Shown here piece after piece: positions 18,789 through 28,742 of a stretch of 64,000 bases of DNA (the stretch's first letter is position 1; each line of letters opens with the position of its first letter). The notes below the pieces were generated by a model, which saw only the letters and a list, made by a program, of their open reading frames with translations, was not told the DNA's origin and made no database searches. The stretch is from positions 1,614-65,613 of the forward strand of contig JAFXDI010000023.1 of NCBI GenBank assembly GCA_017521245.1, read 5' to 3'. The DNA comes from Bacteroidales bacterium. GTDB lineage: Bacteria; Bacteroidota; Bacteroidia; Bacteroidales; G3-4614. The position numbers and the translations under genes are program-made.

Positions 18789-19514
18789 CTACAATATTTT
18801 TAAACTTTTTGCCGTACAACACGCCTGTAATGAATTTTTTGCTTGTAGTTTCTCCAAAATATTTTGACGATGACGGCTAACGGTAAATATACTTATATTT
18901 AAATTTGCTGAGATCTCCTTGCTTGAGAAGCCGAGATCTATCATTTTAAGGATCTCTTTCTCTCTGTCAGACAAGATATTATCAGAGTCAATATCATCAA
19001 TATAGATAGTTTTTGAGGTAACCGGATTTACTATAACAGAGCGTTCATTACCAATAGCTGGGGTATATAGACACATAGCATAACGTATAGCTTTACTCTC
19101 TTTAAAATAAAATATTCGATGTGTTACCTCTACTAACACTCCAACTCGGTTTCTCATCCTGATTATATTCTGCATAAAGCAATCACTCTCTTTACTATTA
19201 CGCTTCATATAATCAAAAAACTTTAACTCTTCAAGATGTTTTCGCTCTAAATCATTTGGCATTATTCGACAAAAGACCTCATTTTCCCATATTGAGTTTA
19301 TGCTTTTAGCCTCACCCTTTTTTCCTATGCCTAAGTACTCTGCATAACCGCCATAAAAGATATGACTCTCCACTCTTTTCAAATCACTCAATACAACAAG
19401 TGCATTTTCTGCAACTGAATATGCTTTTGCAATTGCAAGATAATTTGAAATATCACAATTGCAACTTTTCTCAAATTCTTGATATAATAATTTCTTGTCT
19501 AAAACTACATTCAT
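18789..19514 (-). CDS. LuxR-family helix-turn-helix transcriptional regulator
   Basis: C-terminal LSDREKEILKMIDLGFSSKEISANLNISIFTVSRHRQNILEKL (GerE/LuxR HTH). N-terminal ~170 aa unassigned. Confidence 0.75.
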   Translation of the reverse strand: MNVVLDKKLLYQEFEKSCNCDISNYLAIAKAYSVAENALVVLSDLKRVESHIFYGGYAEYLGIGKKGEAKSINSIWENEVFCRIMPNDLERKHLEELKFFDYMKRNSKESDCFMQNIIRMRNRVGVLVEVTHRIFYFKESKAIRYAMCLYTPAIGNERSVIVNPVTSKTIYIDDIDSDNILSDREKEILKMIDLGFSSKEISANLNISIFTVSRHRQNILEKLQAKNSLQACCTAKSLKIL

Positions 19515-19591
19515 TATGGTTATTTTTTACCATTGTATTGTATTAAATAGATATGTACATTTGCAAATGTAATAATTTTAATGGTTATTTT

Positions 19592-20236
19592 ATGAAAAGT
19601 AAAATTTTAATTCTTCTGCTATTGAGTATGAGTTTTGGTGTATCGGCTCAAACTCTTGAAAAGATGCAATGGTTTAACGAGCCCGAAAGTTGGAGTATAA
19701 ACAGTGAAACAATTACAATGGATGTGACTCCTCATAGTGATTACTGGAGAATATCGCACTACGGATTTACGGTTGATGATGCTCCATTTTTTTACACAAC
19801 AAGGGGTGGAGAGTTTGAAGTTAAGGTGAGAATATGGGGCGACTACAAAGTTAGATTTGATCAGGCTGGTTTAATGCTTAGGATTGACCATGAGAACTAT
19901 ATTAAGACAGGTATTGAATTTGTTGATGGTAAATTTAATATTAGCACAGTTGTTACTCACAATACAAGCGACTGGAGTGTTATTGAGCTGGATAAACCTA
20001 TTGAATATATTTGGATTAAGGCTGTTAGAAGATTGGATGCTGTTGAGATATTCTACTCTTTTGATGATAAAGAGTACACTATGATGCGTAATTGCTGGCT
20101 ACAAGACAACACTCCCGTTATGGTTGGCGTTATGGCTGCAAGTCCCGATGGAGAAGGATTTAAAGCCTCATTTGATAATTTTAAAATTAAACACCTACCC
20201 GACCAAAGACGTATGGAGTGGTTAGAGAAGAACTAA
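19592..20236 (+). CDS. DUF1349 (concanavalin-like) domain protein with signal peptide
   Basis: I prefer ATG 19592 (MKSKILILLLLSMSFGVSAQ). WFNEPESW...DYWRISHYGF..DDAPFF...FDQAGLMLRID..NYIKTGIE matches the DUF1349 pattern. Confidence 0.75.
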   Translation: MKSKILILLLLSMSFGVSAQTLEKMQWFNEPESWSINSETITMDVTPHSDYWRISHYGFTVDDAPFFYTTRGGEFEVKVRIWGDYKVRFDQAGLMLRIDHENYIKTGIEFVDGKFNISTVVTHNTSDWSVIELDKPIEYIWIKAVRRLDAVEIFYSFDDKEYTMMRNCWLQDNTPVMVGVMAASPDGEGFKASFDNFKIKHLPDQRRMEWLEKN

Positions 20237-20270
20237 TTTTATATAGATTAAAACTAAATTTAAGATTATG

Positions 20271-20304
20271 AAAGTGACGCAGATATTATGCGTCACTTTT
20301 TATA
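20271..20304 (+). terminator. rho-independent terminator after the DUF1349 gene
   Basis: 10-bp stem AAAGTGACGC / GCGTCACTTT, 9-nt loop, then TTTTTAT. Confidence 0.7.
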
Positions 20305-20334
20305 TAGTAAATTGGCAATATTGAGAGGGTACAA

Positions 20335-20372
20335 GAACAAAAAATAAGGGTTACCGTTTGGTAACCCTTATT
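20335..20372 (-). terminator. rho-independent terminator after fbaA
   Basis: 13-bp stem AATAAGGGTTACC / GGTAACCCTTATT with 4-nt loop. The minus strand continues TTTTTTG. Confidence 0.75.
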
Positions 20373-20393
20373 ACTCTATTGATGTTTAATCAA

Positions 20394-21398
20394 TTAACAG
20401 CACTCGCATTTACCTGCACTACCAAGAACGTTCTCAATTTTGTGCATGTATTGTTTTTTCATATTCTCGCGAGCAGGTCCAAGATATTTTCTTGGGTCAA
20501 ACTCAGCTGGTTTGTTAGCGAATACCTCGCGGATTGCTGCTGTCATTGCAAGACGGCTGTCAGAGTCGATATTGATTTTACATACTGCTGACTCAGCTGC
20601 TTTACGCAACCACTCTTCTGGAATACCGATTGCATCTTTCAATGCACCGCCGTATTTGTTGATAGTTGCAACCTCTTCTTGAGGTACTGATGATGATCCG
20701 TGAAGCACGATAGGGAATCCCGGAAGTTCTTTCTCAACACCCTCTAATACGTCGAAACGTAGTGGAGGAGGAACTAAACGTCCGTTCTCATCTTTTGTAC
20801 ATTGCTCAGGTTTGAATTTGTTTGCTCCGTGTGAAGTACCGATTGAAATTGCCAAGCTATCGCATCCTGTTTTAGTTACGAAGTCAACAACCTCCTCAGG
20901 ACGAGTGTAAGTGTGGTGTTCTGCACATACCTCATCTTCAACTCCTGCTAATACTCCAAGTTCTCCCTCAACTGTTACGTCAAATTGATGAGCGTACTCT
21001 ACTACTTTTTTAGTTAGAGCAACGTTCTCTTCGTATGGAAGGTGTGATCCGTCAATCATTACTGAAGAGAATCCCATATCGATACATGATTTACAAGTCT
21101 CGAATGAATCACCATGGTCAAGGTGAAGAACTATTTGAGGTTTCTCACATCCTAACTCTTTTGCATACTCAACTGCACCTTCTGCCATATAACGCAAAAG
21201 TGTTTGATTTGCGTATTGACGTGCTCCTTTTGATACTTGTAGGATAACTGGAGATTTTGTTTCAACTGCTGCTTGAATAATTGCTTGTAGTTGCTCCATG
21301 TTGTTGAAGTTGAATGCGGGGATTGCATATCCGCCTTTGATGGCTTTTGCAAACATCTCTTTGGTGTTTACCAAACCAAGGTCTTTGTAGCTAATCAT
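20394..21398 (-). CDS. fbaA: class II fructose-bisphosphate aldolase
   Basis: 334 aa. Typical class II FBA sequence (LHLDHG, GELG, HGSSSVP). Confidence 0.95.
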   Translation of the reverse strand: MISYKDLGLVNTKEMFAKAIKGGYAIPAFNFNNMEQLQAIIQAAVETKSPVILQVSKGARQYANQTLLRYMAEGAVEYAKELGCEKPQIVLHLDHGDSFETCKSCIDMGFSSVMIDGSHLPYEENVALTKKVVEYAHQFDVTVEGELGVLAGVEDEVCAEHHTYTRPEEVVDFVTKTGCDSLAISIGTSHGANKFKPEQCTKDENGRLVPPPLRFDVLEGVEKELPGFPIVLHGSSSVPQEEVATINKYGGALKDAIGIPEEWLRKAAESAVCKINIDSDSRLAMTAAIREVFANKPAEFDPRKYLGPARENMKKQYMHKIENVLGSAGKCECC

Positions 21399-21524
21399 TT
21401 TGTTTAATTTTTATAATGTTAGTAAAAAAATTGATCTAATTGGTGTACTATTTTCAAATACTTTACAAAGTTACTATTTTTTTATGAATTATAGCCTATG
21501 TGAAGTTTAAAAATATATACTATT

Positions 21525-22298
21525 CTATCTGTTTTTACTTATTGATAACATTCTCTCCAATGCTTGTGTTGTTATATTGCGAGATATTTTTCCATTCTTG
21601 GCGAACGATATTTCTCCTCGCTCCTCTGACACTATCACTGCTACTGCATCTGTCTCTTGCGTTATTCCTAATGCCGAACGGTGTCTTAAGCCTAACTCTC
21701 GCGGGATATTGGGTGCATGCGATACTGGCAATATACAACTTGCAGCGATTATCTTTCCGTCTCCTATAATTATGGCTCCATCGTGAAGCGGAGTTCCTTT
21801 ATAGAATATTGTCTCTATTAATCGAGACTCTATCTCGGCATTTATCTTCTCTCCTGTTGCCTCATATTTTACCAATGGCATATCTTGTTTTACCACTATT
21901 AATGCTCCTGTTTTTGTTTGAGACATATTTTTACAGGCATATACTATATGCATTACATATTCCGGAACTTCATTAGTCTCGTTCTTTTTGGCCTTAAAGA
22001 AATTAGTAAAGCGTTTCCAACTCTTGTGCGAACCTAGTTCACTCAAGAATATACGTATGTCATCCTGAAAAAGAATAACCAATATTATCACTCCTACATT
22101 TACCAACTTGTCCATTATTGAACCAAGGAGTTGCATCTCAAATATGCGAGAGACTAATATCCATATTACTATGAAGGCTATTATTCCTCCAAATATCTTT
22201 ATTGTTCCTGATACTCGCATTACTCTATATACATAGTAGAGTATTATTGATACCAAGAATATATCTATTATATCTTTTATTCCAATAGAGGTAAACAT
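21525..22298 (-). CDS. cdaA: diadenylate cyclase (c-di-AMP synthase), membrane-anchored CdaA type
   Basis: 257 aa. Three N-terminal TM helices plus a DisA_N domain (GALIVV, TPLHDGAIII, RHRSALG, SEERG). Confidence 0.9.
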   Translation of the reverse strand: MFTSIGIKDIIDIFLVSIILYYVYRVMRVSGTIKIFGGIIAFIVIWILVSRIFEMQLLGSIMDKLVNVGVIILVILFQDDIRIFLSELGSHKSWKRFTNFFKAKKNETNEVPEYVMHIVYACKNMSQTKTGALIVVKQDMPLVKYEATGEKINAEIESRLIETIFYKGTPLHDGAIIIGDGKIIAASCILPVSHAPNIPRELGLRHRSALGITQETDAVAVIVSEERGEISFAKNGKISRNITTQALERMLSISKNR

Positions 22299-22301
22299 AT
22301 A

Positions 22302-23132
22302 TTATTTTGATAGTTCAAATATTCGTACTGTCTCTACGCACTCGCTTACATCGTGTACCCTAAGAATGTTCGCACCCTTAGTTAATGCCATAGTGTTTAA
22401 CGCTATCGTACCGGGCAATGCCTCTTGAGGTGTTGTATTAAATAGTTTGTATATCATCGACTTCCGAGATACTCCCACCAACAAAGGTAGTTTAAATTGT
22501 GCAAAATCTGCAAGATTTTTTATGATATTATAGTTTTGTTCTAAACTTTTTGCAAATCCTATTCCGGGATCTAATATGATATCGTTTACTCCCAATAGAT
22601 GCAACTCTGTTACTTTTCTTGAAAAATACTCAATAATATCAACAATAATATTATGGTACGAGGTCTCATTCTGCATTGTTTGGGGAGTTCCTCGCATATG
22701 CATTAATATGTAAGGCACCTTTAGTTGTGCTACTGTCTTAAACATATCAGCATCACCTTCTCCTCCTGTTATATCGTTTACTATATCAACACCACACTCT
22801 TCAACGGCATATCTTGCAACTCCGCTACGGAATGTATCTACCGATATTATTGTTTTTGGGTATCTCTCTCTTATCTGTGGCAGAACTGATTTCAACCTCT
22901 TGATCTCCTCCTCTTCTGATATATCATCTGCTCCCGGACGCGATGAGTATGCTCCCACATCTATAATATCTGCACCTTCTCCTATAATCTGGTCAGCTCT
23001 ACGAAGAGCATCATTATATTCAAGATTTCTGCTCGACTCATAGAATGAATCAGGTGTAATATTCAATATACCCATAACAAGAGGTCGTTCCAACGACACT
23101 AACTCTCCTCGTATATTAATAGTTTGGGGCAT
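22302..23132 (-). CDS. folP: dihydropteroate synthase
   Basis: 276 aa. Pterin-binding domain (GILNITPDSF, DIIDVGAYSSRPG, LRVHDV). Confidence 0.93.
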   Translation of the reverse strand: MPQTINIRGELVSLERPLVMGILNITPDSFYESSRNLEYNDALRRADQIIGEGADIIDVGAYSSRPGADDISEEEEIKRLKSVLPQIRERYPKTIISVDTFRSGVARYAVEECGVDIVNDITGGEGDADMFKTVAQLKVPYILMHMRGTPQTMQNETSYHNIIVDIIEYFSRKVTELHLLGVNDIILDPGIGFAKSLEQNYNIIKNLADFAQFKLPLLVGVSRKSMIYKLFNTTPQEALPGTIALNTMALTKGANILRVHDVSECVETVRIFELSK

Positions 23133-23225
23133 TGTATTGTTTATCTATAATAAAGTTCCACTACAAAAAAGGAGTTTTTAACTCTCCATTGCGAAGATAA
23201 TATTTTGATTTGAATTACGTAACAT

Positions 23226-23270
23226 AAAACGAGAGGAGATTGATCTTTAGAACAAATCTCCTCTCGTTTT
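23226..23270 (-). terminator. rho-independent terminator after the TPR gene
   Basis: Perfect 16-bp stem AAAACGAGAGGAGATT / AATCTCCTCTCGTTTT with 13-nt loop. A/T tracts on both sides. Confidence 0.75.
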
Positions 23271-23289
23271 GACTATTTATTTAACTCTA

Positions 23290-24915
23290 TTATAATTGAC
23301 TCATTGCCTCTTTGATGCTGTGCTCAGGATTTATCTCTAAGATTTTACCCCACCATTTGCGAGTCTCAATATATTTTGCTCCTTGTGGATTCTCAGCATA
23401 CTCTTTTAGGTAGTTGTAGTATCCAAGATATTGATAAGCCTCAATGATAGTGTTGCTCTTATCTCCTTTAGCCTCTAACATTTCAACTACTTTCTCGTAG
23501 AATGGTTTTGCCAATCCTAACTCAGTCTCAGGGTCCATTCCTGAGTGAGCACGTGCTCTCCACATATTTCCACGATAATCCTCTGGTGCGCGCTCTGCAA
23601 CTACTGCAAATGCATTATCTGCTTTTTTGAACAACTCAACTTTTGTCTCCATTACTGTGTCTGCTTGCGCAGCAGAGTAGTATGCACGTCCTAAGTTGAA
23701 GAAGTCCATAGTTTTAACCTCGTCTCCTGCTAAATCCATATATTTTGCCATAGCATCAGCACTCTTAACCATCTCGTCTGCTGCTTTGTAAGCATCGCTT
23801 AGGTCTTTTATCAAAGTTGCATCCTCAGGATTTTTAGCAACTGCTTTCTCTAACAATGCAACATACTCTTTTGGACGATTTACTTTTTTAAGTGCATTTC
23901 CGTAAATTGAGTAGTCTTGAGCAGTTAGAAGATCAGCATTTGCCTCATCGTTCATATATCTTGCTCCACACTCTGCTGCTTGCTCAAAGTTCTCTAGTGC
24001 ATTGTTGTTGTACATTGCAAAACGATTTAACAAAATATCGTTGGGATTTTCAACCAAAGCCTCCTCAATAATTGTTAATGACTCTTCATATTTTTTATCG
24101 AAGAACAATAATGCTGCGTGACGTGAAAGGTCTGATGCAAAGTGGTTAGGATTTGACATATATGTTGCATATGCCTTAACTGCCTGAGTAAAACGTCCTG
24201 CGTTGAACAATGCCTCAGCATACTCGCGTTGCGCAATTGCCGATGCTTGGTTAAGGTTCAATAGAGCCTCCAATTTTGAGATAGCAAATTTTGGGTTAAT
24301 AGGATAGTGCATCTTTGCATATTTTACGTACGCCTCAACACAATTTTGGTCAAAATAGATTGCATTCTCATACTCACCTGCTGCTAATCCTGTATCACCA
24401 TTCTTCAATGCAATATCTCCTTGTAATACATACAAAGGTGCATACTCTGGATTTGTACGGTTTGCCACATCGACATACTTTTTATATTGTGGCATTCCTG
24501 CTTCAAAGTATGCTCTTGCAATGTTTGTGTTAACTCCTGCTTTTTCAGTTTTTGATAATTTAACTGCTTTTTTAAAGTTTGCCTCAGCCTCTTTGTCATT
24601 TACACCTAAAAGCAATTTTCCTAATCCAATGTAGTTGTAAGGATATGCAGCATCTTGTTTAACACCTTCGTTGAAACATTTTGATGCCACCTCTTTGTTT
24701 CCTAAAGCAAACTCTGCCTCTCCTAAATAGTAAAGGGCTGCTGCCTTGTCTGTTGCCGACAATCCTGGCAATGTATTGTCAAGGATTATTTTTGCACGAT
24801 CAGGTTGTCCTGCTTTGAAATACTCAACTCCATCTGCATAGTTTTGAGCAACTACTGTGCTAACTAAACTTGCACTAAATAGAAGTGCTACGAATAAAAT
24901 TGATTTCTTTAACAT
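23290..24915 (-). CDS. tetratricopeptide-repeat protein with signal peptide
   Basis: 541 aa. Repeated TPR-like A..Y..G/A helices throughout. Last gene of the Ton cluster. Confidence 0.75.
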   Translation of the reverse strand: MLKKSILFVALLFSASLVSTVVAQNYADGVEYFKAGQPDRAKIILDNTLPGLSATDKAAALYYLGEAEFALGNKEVASKCFNEGVKQDAAYPYNYIGLGKLLLGVNDKEAEANFKKAVKLSKTEKAGVNTNIARAYFEAGMPQYKKYVDVANRTNPEYAPLYVLQGDIALKNGDTGLAAGEYENAIYFDQNCVEAYVKYAKMHYPINPKFAISKLEALLNLNQASAIAQREYAEALFNAGRFTQAVKAYATYMSNPNHFASDLSRHAALLFFDKKYEESLTIIEEALVENPNDILLNRFAMYNNNALENFEQAAECGARYMNDEANADLLTAQDYSIYGNALKKVNRPKEYVALLEKAVAKNPEDATLIKDLSDAYKAADEMVKSADAMAKYMDLAGDEVKTMDFFNLGRAYYSAAQADTVMETKVELFKKADNAFAVVAERAPEDYRGNMWRARAHSGMDPETELGLAKPFYEKVVEMLEAKGDKSNTIIEAYQYLGYYNYLKEYAENPQGAKYIETRKWWGKILEINPEHSIKEAMSQL

Positions 24916-24974
24916 AATCTTCTTTCTTATTTGTGTTATTACTTATATTTCTTTTTTAAGTCTCTTCCCTAATA

Positions 24975-25931
24975 TTAGTCCGATATTTTAACAGGTTTTA
25001 TTACGACCTGTTGTGTTGTTGGCATCATTCCTGCCTTTAAGATAATAAGTTGACCTTTATCTGAAGCAAGGAAGTTTGAAAATCCTCTTACCAAGCCTGT
25101 TCGTGATGATGTATTCAGTGCATACACATGACGAGTAAACGGATAGTAATCAAGTGCTATATATGCTTGATATGGTTGGTACGAGTTTATTGGTGTTGCG
25201 ACTCCATCTCTACTCATTGCAACTACTCGCACCTTATCAGAGAAACTCATATTGGTTGAATCCTTCTCGTTTCCAATCCAACTTGCACCAATTACCCCTA
25301 TTGCTCCCGGTGTTGCAGCCACATAGTCAATAACTTTCTCATTTGTACCTTGTGCATATATATTTTTACTTGCTAAAGGCTCGCCCTTACATATTGAATC
25401 AAGAGCATATCGCACTGTACTTGAGTTCTTATTATCAAATGTCAGAGACAACTCTTTTAACCTTGACTTTGGATTTATCTCTTTCCACGATGTTATTTTT
25501 CCTGTAAGAATATCTTTTACCTGCTTTACAGTCAACATTGAATCGGGATTACTCTTATTAATTATAAGTGCTATCGCATCTTTTGCTATACAGAAAGATA
25601 CTGGTATCATCTTTTTACTTCTGATTAAATTTTTCTCTTCCATTGAGAAATCTCTTGTTGTTATGGCAAATCTAACACTATCGGTCAATAGCAGATCCAT
25701 AACTTCAACTTCAGAAGTGTATATGGGAATGATACTTGCTTTGGGGTAGGTAAACTCAAACAGGTCAATCTCCTCCTCAATAATGGGAGCAAATGACTCA
25801 TCTGCCGACATTATGATTACACCTGAGGTTGGTGTGTCTAATACCTTCTTTTTTTGCTCTTTGTTACTACACGAAAATAGGGCAAGAACTGCAACAAATA
25901 ATATGTAAACTGCTCTCTTCATAATTTTCAC
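24975..25931 (-). CDS. PstS-like periplasmic substrate-binding lipoprotein
   Basis: 318 aa. Lipobox-like LALFSC. PBP-type pattern (TPTSGVIIMSADESF...GTNEKVIDYVAATPGAIGVIGASW). Confidence 0.65.
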   Translation of the reverse strand: MKIMKRAVYILFVAVLALFSCSNKEQKKKVLDTPTSGVIIMSADESFAPIIEEEIDLFEFTYPKASIIPIYTSEVEVMDLLLTDSVRFAITTRDFSMEEKNLIRSKKMIPVSFCIAKDAIALIINKSNPDSMLTVKQVKDILTGKITSWKEINPKSRLKELSLTFDNKNSSTVRYALDSICKGEPLASKNIYAQGTNEKVIDYVAATPGAIGVIGASWIGNEKDSTNMSFSDKVRVVAMSRDGVATPINSYQPYQAYIALDYYPFTRHVYALNTSSRTGLVRGFSNFLASDKGQLIILKAGMMPTTQQVVIKPVKISD

Positions 25932-26164
25932 GATTTTTTGTAACCTCTATACTTTATAAAACGATATGCTCTAAAAATAGCATATACTACAAATATTGTT
26001 GCGAATATATAACGTGTTAAAGGTGCAAAATTATTAAATAAGTCGGTAAATACCAAAAGATATGCAAAACCGAAATATGCTATAATCATTATTATTCCAA
26101 AGATATAACCCAAATTTATTGTTATAACTTTTTCATCTTTAACTTCTTCGTTATTATTCTCCAT
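25928..26164 (-). CDS. small two-TM membrane protein (hypothetical, 78 aa)
   Basis: Its stop overlaps the start of the PstS-like gene by 4 nt, suggesting translational coupling. Hydrophobic. Confidence 0.5.
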   Translation of the reverse strand: MENNNEEVKDEKVITINLGYIFGIIMIIAYFGFAYLLVFTDLFNNFAPLTRYIFATIFVVYAIFRAYRFIKYRGYKKS

Positions 26165-26454
26165 ATATAGTTTAAAATTATATTCTTGTTTTAAGTTGCA
26201 TCTAATCTACAATATTGTCGATGCCTATCTGTTTTATGGTTTCTTGTCTTTTTGACAAATAAAAACCTTAAGCGTTTAATTTGTGAGAGGATTTATCAAT
26301 TTCTTTATTGAACTTTCTCTTCACTCCGTCCTTGTCTGCTATAAACAAGTTGCTGTTTTATTTTGTTTAAGCATACATCTTTTTTGATAGTATACTAAGA
26401 GCTTTTACCGAGTTTAAACTTATCCCATTTAGGAGCAGTTTTTAGTACTCTATT

Positions 26455-26499
26455 TTTTGAAAATCCGCACGTCCGTACCTTTTAGGGTACAAACGTGCG
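26455..26499 (-). terminator. terminator-like nested hairpin after tonB
   Basis: CGCACGT (26466-26472) pairs with ACGTGCG (26493-26499). Inner pair GTACC/GGTAC. The minus strand continues GATTTTCAAAAAA. Confidence 0.55.
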
Positions 26500-26531
26500 A
26501 TATTTCAAGTATTCTTATTTTAGTTTGAATA

Positions 26532-27362
26532 CTACATTAGTTTAAATTGTACAGGAAGTGTAAACCATACGTTAACTGCATGTCCGTTTTGTTTACCGGG
26601 GATGAAGTTAGGTATTGATTTTACTACGCGAACTGCCTCTTTATCAAGAGTTGCATCAACTCCACGTAATACTTGAACTTCTCCTACAGAACCGTCTTTC
26701 TTAACAACGAAGCGAACAACTACCCTTCCTTGAATACCGTTCTCTTGAGCGATTGATGGGTATTTAATGTTGTCACTGATGTATTGAAGAAGTGCTTTTT
26801 GACCTCCGGGGAATGTAGGCATTTGCTCTACAACCTCAAGTACTTGATTATCCTCTTCCTCTACTACAGGTTTAATTGCCTCTTTAAAGTCAGCAATGTC
26901 TTGACCATTCTCCTCGTCATTTCCTTCAACGTCGGCAATAGAGATTGTTACCTTAGACTCAATCAACTCCTCTTGTGATTTGATCTCCTCTTCCTCACTT
27001 ACCTCTTCGTCCTTCTTAATTACAGGAGCTGTAAACTTAATAGAACTTTTTAGTGGTGGTGGGGGAGGTGTTTCCATCAAAGGTTTGTACTCTTCGTTTT
27101 TCTTAACCTCTGCCTCTTTCAAGTCAGACAACTCTGTTACTTGAGTCATTACTATCTCCTCCTCTTCCTCAGGTCTGATTTTATCAATCAAATCACCGAT
27201 TACTCCAGGTAAGAAGAACGCAGCAGCGGCAATCAAAACAACCGATAATGTTGCAATATTGTGACGTTTTGGTGAATCCTTACGCAAATCGTATGCGCCA
27301 TAAGCCTTATTTCTACCTTCAAAAATAAGGTCGCACCATTCTTGTGAACTGATATTTGCCAT
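26532..27362 (-). CDS. tonB: energy transducer TonB
   Basis: 276 aa. N-terminal TM anchor, Glu/Pro/Lys-rich spacer (PPPPPLK), C-terminal TonB domain (PTFPGG...YP..A...GIQGRVVV.F.V..DG). Confidence 0.85.
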   Translation of the reverse strand: MANISSQEWCDLIFEGRNKAYGAYDLRKDSPKRHNIATLSVVLIAAAAFFLPGVIGDLIDKIRPEEEEEIVMTQVTELSDLKEAEVKKNEEYKPLMETPPPPPLKSSIKFTAPVIKKDEEVSEEEEIKSQEELIESKVTISIADVEGNDEENGQDIADFKEAIKPVVEEEDNQVLEVVEQMPTFPGGQKALLQYISDNIKYPSIAQENGIQGRVVVRFVVKKDGSVGEVQVLRGVDATLDKEAVRVVKSIPNFIPGKQNGHAVNVWFTLPVQFKLM

Positions 27363-27385
27363 TGTTCTTATTTTTTAGGTATTAA

Positions 27386-28045
27386 TTATAATTTAGACGT
27401 ATCAATTTGGCTTGATAATTCACCTTTTGATTCATAATTATCAATCAAAAATTGGTCTCCCTCTGTTATATCTACGATTGCATATTTGCTAATTCCGCAA
27501 AGGTGCATTTCGTCAAGTGCATCGATAAGGTTTTTGTAATTTGATTCATCAGATCCTTTAATCATAACAACTGGAGCAGTTTTTACGTTTTTAATCTCTG
27601 ATGCTTTTGCATTAAAGTCCTCATCGGTCATTCCAGTCTCTAACTTCTCTTGCTTCAAGTCCTCTAATTGAGTTACTATCTCACGGTTTCTGTCTTGCAA
27701 TACTGCACGTAATCCATCAGCAGCGAAAGTAGTTTCGCTCAATGTTTGATAGTCAGTATAGTCAGGTTGTCCTGAATAATAGTAAACTTTATCTTGTCCT
27801 CCAAGTAAGATTGTTATAGCACGTGAAGCAGCGACCTTAGTTTGGTCCTCTTCTGTTATATTCTTATCGTTCGAAGGCATACTTATCTCCATGGTTTGTG
27901 GCTTTTTCAAAGTTGTACAAAGCATGAAGAAGGTAATCAAAAGCATGTTCATATCAACCATGGGGGTAAAGTCCACGTGGATATGCATTTTTTTAGGTTT
28001 ACCTTTTTTGCCGTCTCCTGAATCTTTTTGTTGTACTTCTGCCAT
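27386..28045 (-). CDS. exbD: ExbD/TolR family biopolymer transporter
   Basis: 219 aa. VDFTPMVDMNMLLITFFML is the ExbD TM signature. Confidence 0.8.
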   Translation of the reverse strand: MAEVQQKDSGDGKKGKPKKMHIHVDFTPMVDMNMLLITFFMLCTTLKKPQTMEISMPSNDKNITEEDQTKVAASRAITILLGGQDKVYYYSGQPDYTDYQTLSETTFAADGLRAVLQDRNREIVTQLEDLKQEKLETGMTDEDFNAKASEIKNVKTAPVVMIKGSDESNYKNLIDALDEMHLCGISKYAIVDITEGDQFLIDNYESKGELSSQIDTSKL

Positions 28046-28056
28046 ATTACAATTCT

Positions 28057-28722
28057 CTATTTAATAACGACTCTATCCTCATCAGATATTTTTTTGAGGT
28101 TTGTTATAAGGTTATAACGGTTCTCACGAATATCTTGTAAAGAAGTCATTAAGTTTCTGATAATAGGATAGGGTGTTCCTGCAGCAGCTTTGATAGCAAT
28201 TCTTAAGTTGCTATTTGCAGCACGTGCACTTTTTACCCACATCTTAACTTCATTCTTATCGTCAATTCCTTCTGCATTTTTTGTAGTATCGCAAGGGATA
28301 CCGGCAGCGATTCCCATTACCTCTCCTTTAAGAGCTTTGTCTTGTTCGTGAGATTGAAGAGCTAAGAACTCTTTCAAATCTTTAATAGGGAATCCAAAAG
28401 TAGGAAGAACTTTAAAAGATTGGATGTCTTTATTTGACAATTCTATTCCATACTGTGCTGCAACATCTCCAAGAACCGCTTCCTTATCTGCAGGTCTATC
28501 AAGACTCATGTATATTTTACCGTCTTGGTCGATCAAAATTTGCAAAATATCTGTCTCAGGAATCTTAATTTCCGATACTGAATCGGGAGTTGAAACCTGA
28601 ACTGGCTCTTTTTGCACGAAGGTTGAGGTCAACATAAAGAATGTAAGCAAAAGCACAGTAACGTCACTCATCGCGGTCATATCGATGAGCGTACTCTTTC
28701 TTTTTACTTTTACTCTTGGCAT
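28057..28722 (-). CDS. exbD: ExbD/TolR family biopolymer transporter (second copy)
   Basis: 221 aa. IDMTAMSDVTVLLLTFFML is the ExbD TM signature. Confidence 0.8.
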   Translation of the reverse strand: MPRVKVKRKSTLIDMTAMSDVTVLLLTFFMLTSTFVQKEPVQVSTPDSVSEIKIPETDILQILIDQDGKIYMSLDRPADKEAVLGDVAAQYGIELSNKDIQSFKVLPTFGFPIKDLKEFLALQSHEQDKALKGEVMGIAAGIPCDTTKNAEGIDDKNEVKMWVKSARAANSNLRIAIKAAAGTPYPIIRNLMTSLQDIRENRYNLITNLKKISDEDRVVIK

Positions 28723-28742
28723 ATTCTTAATATGTTAAATGA

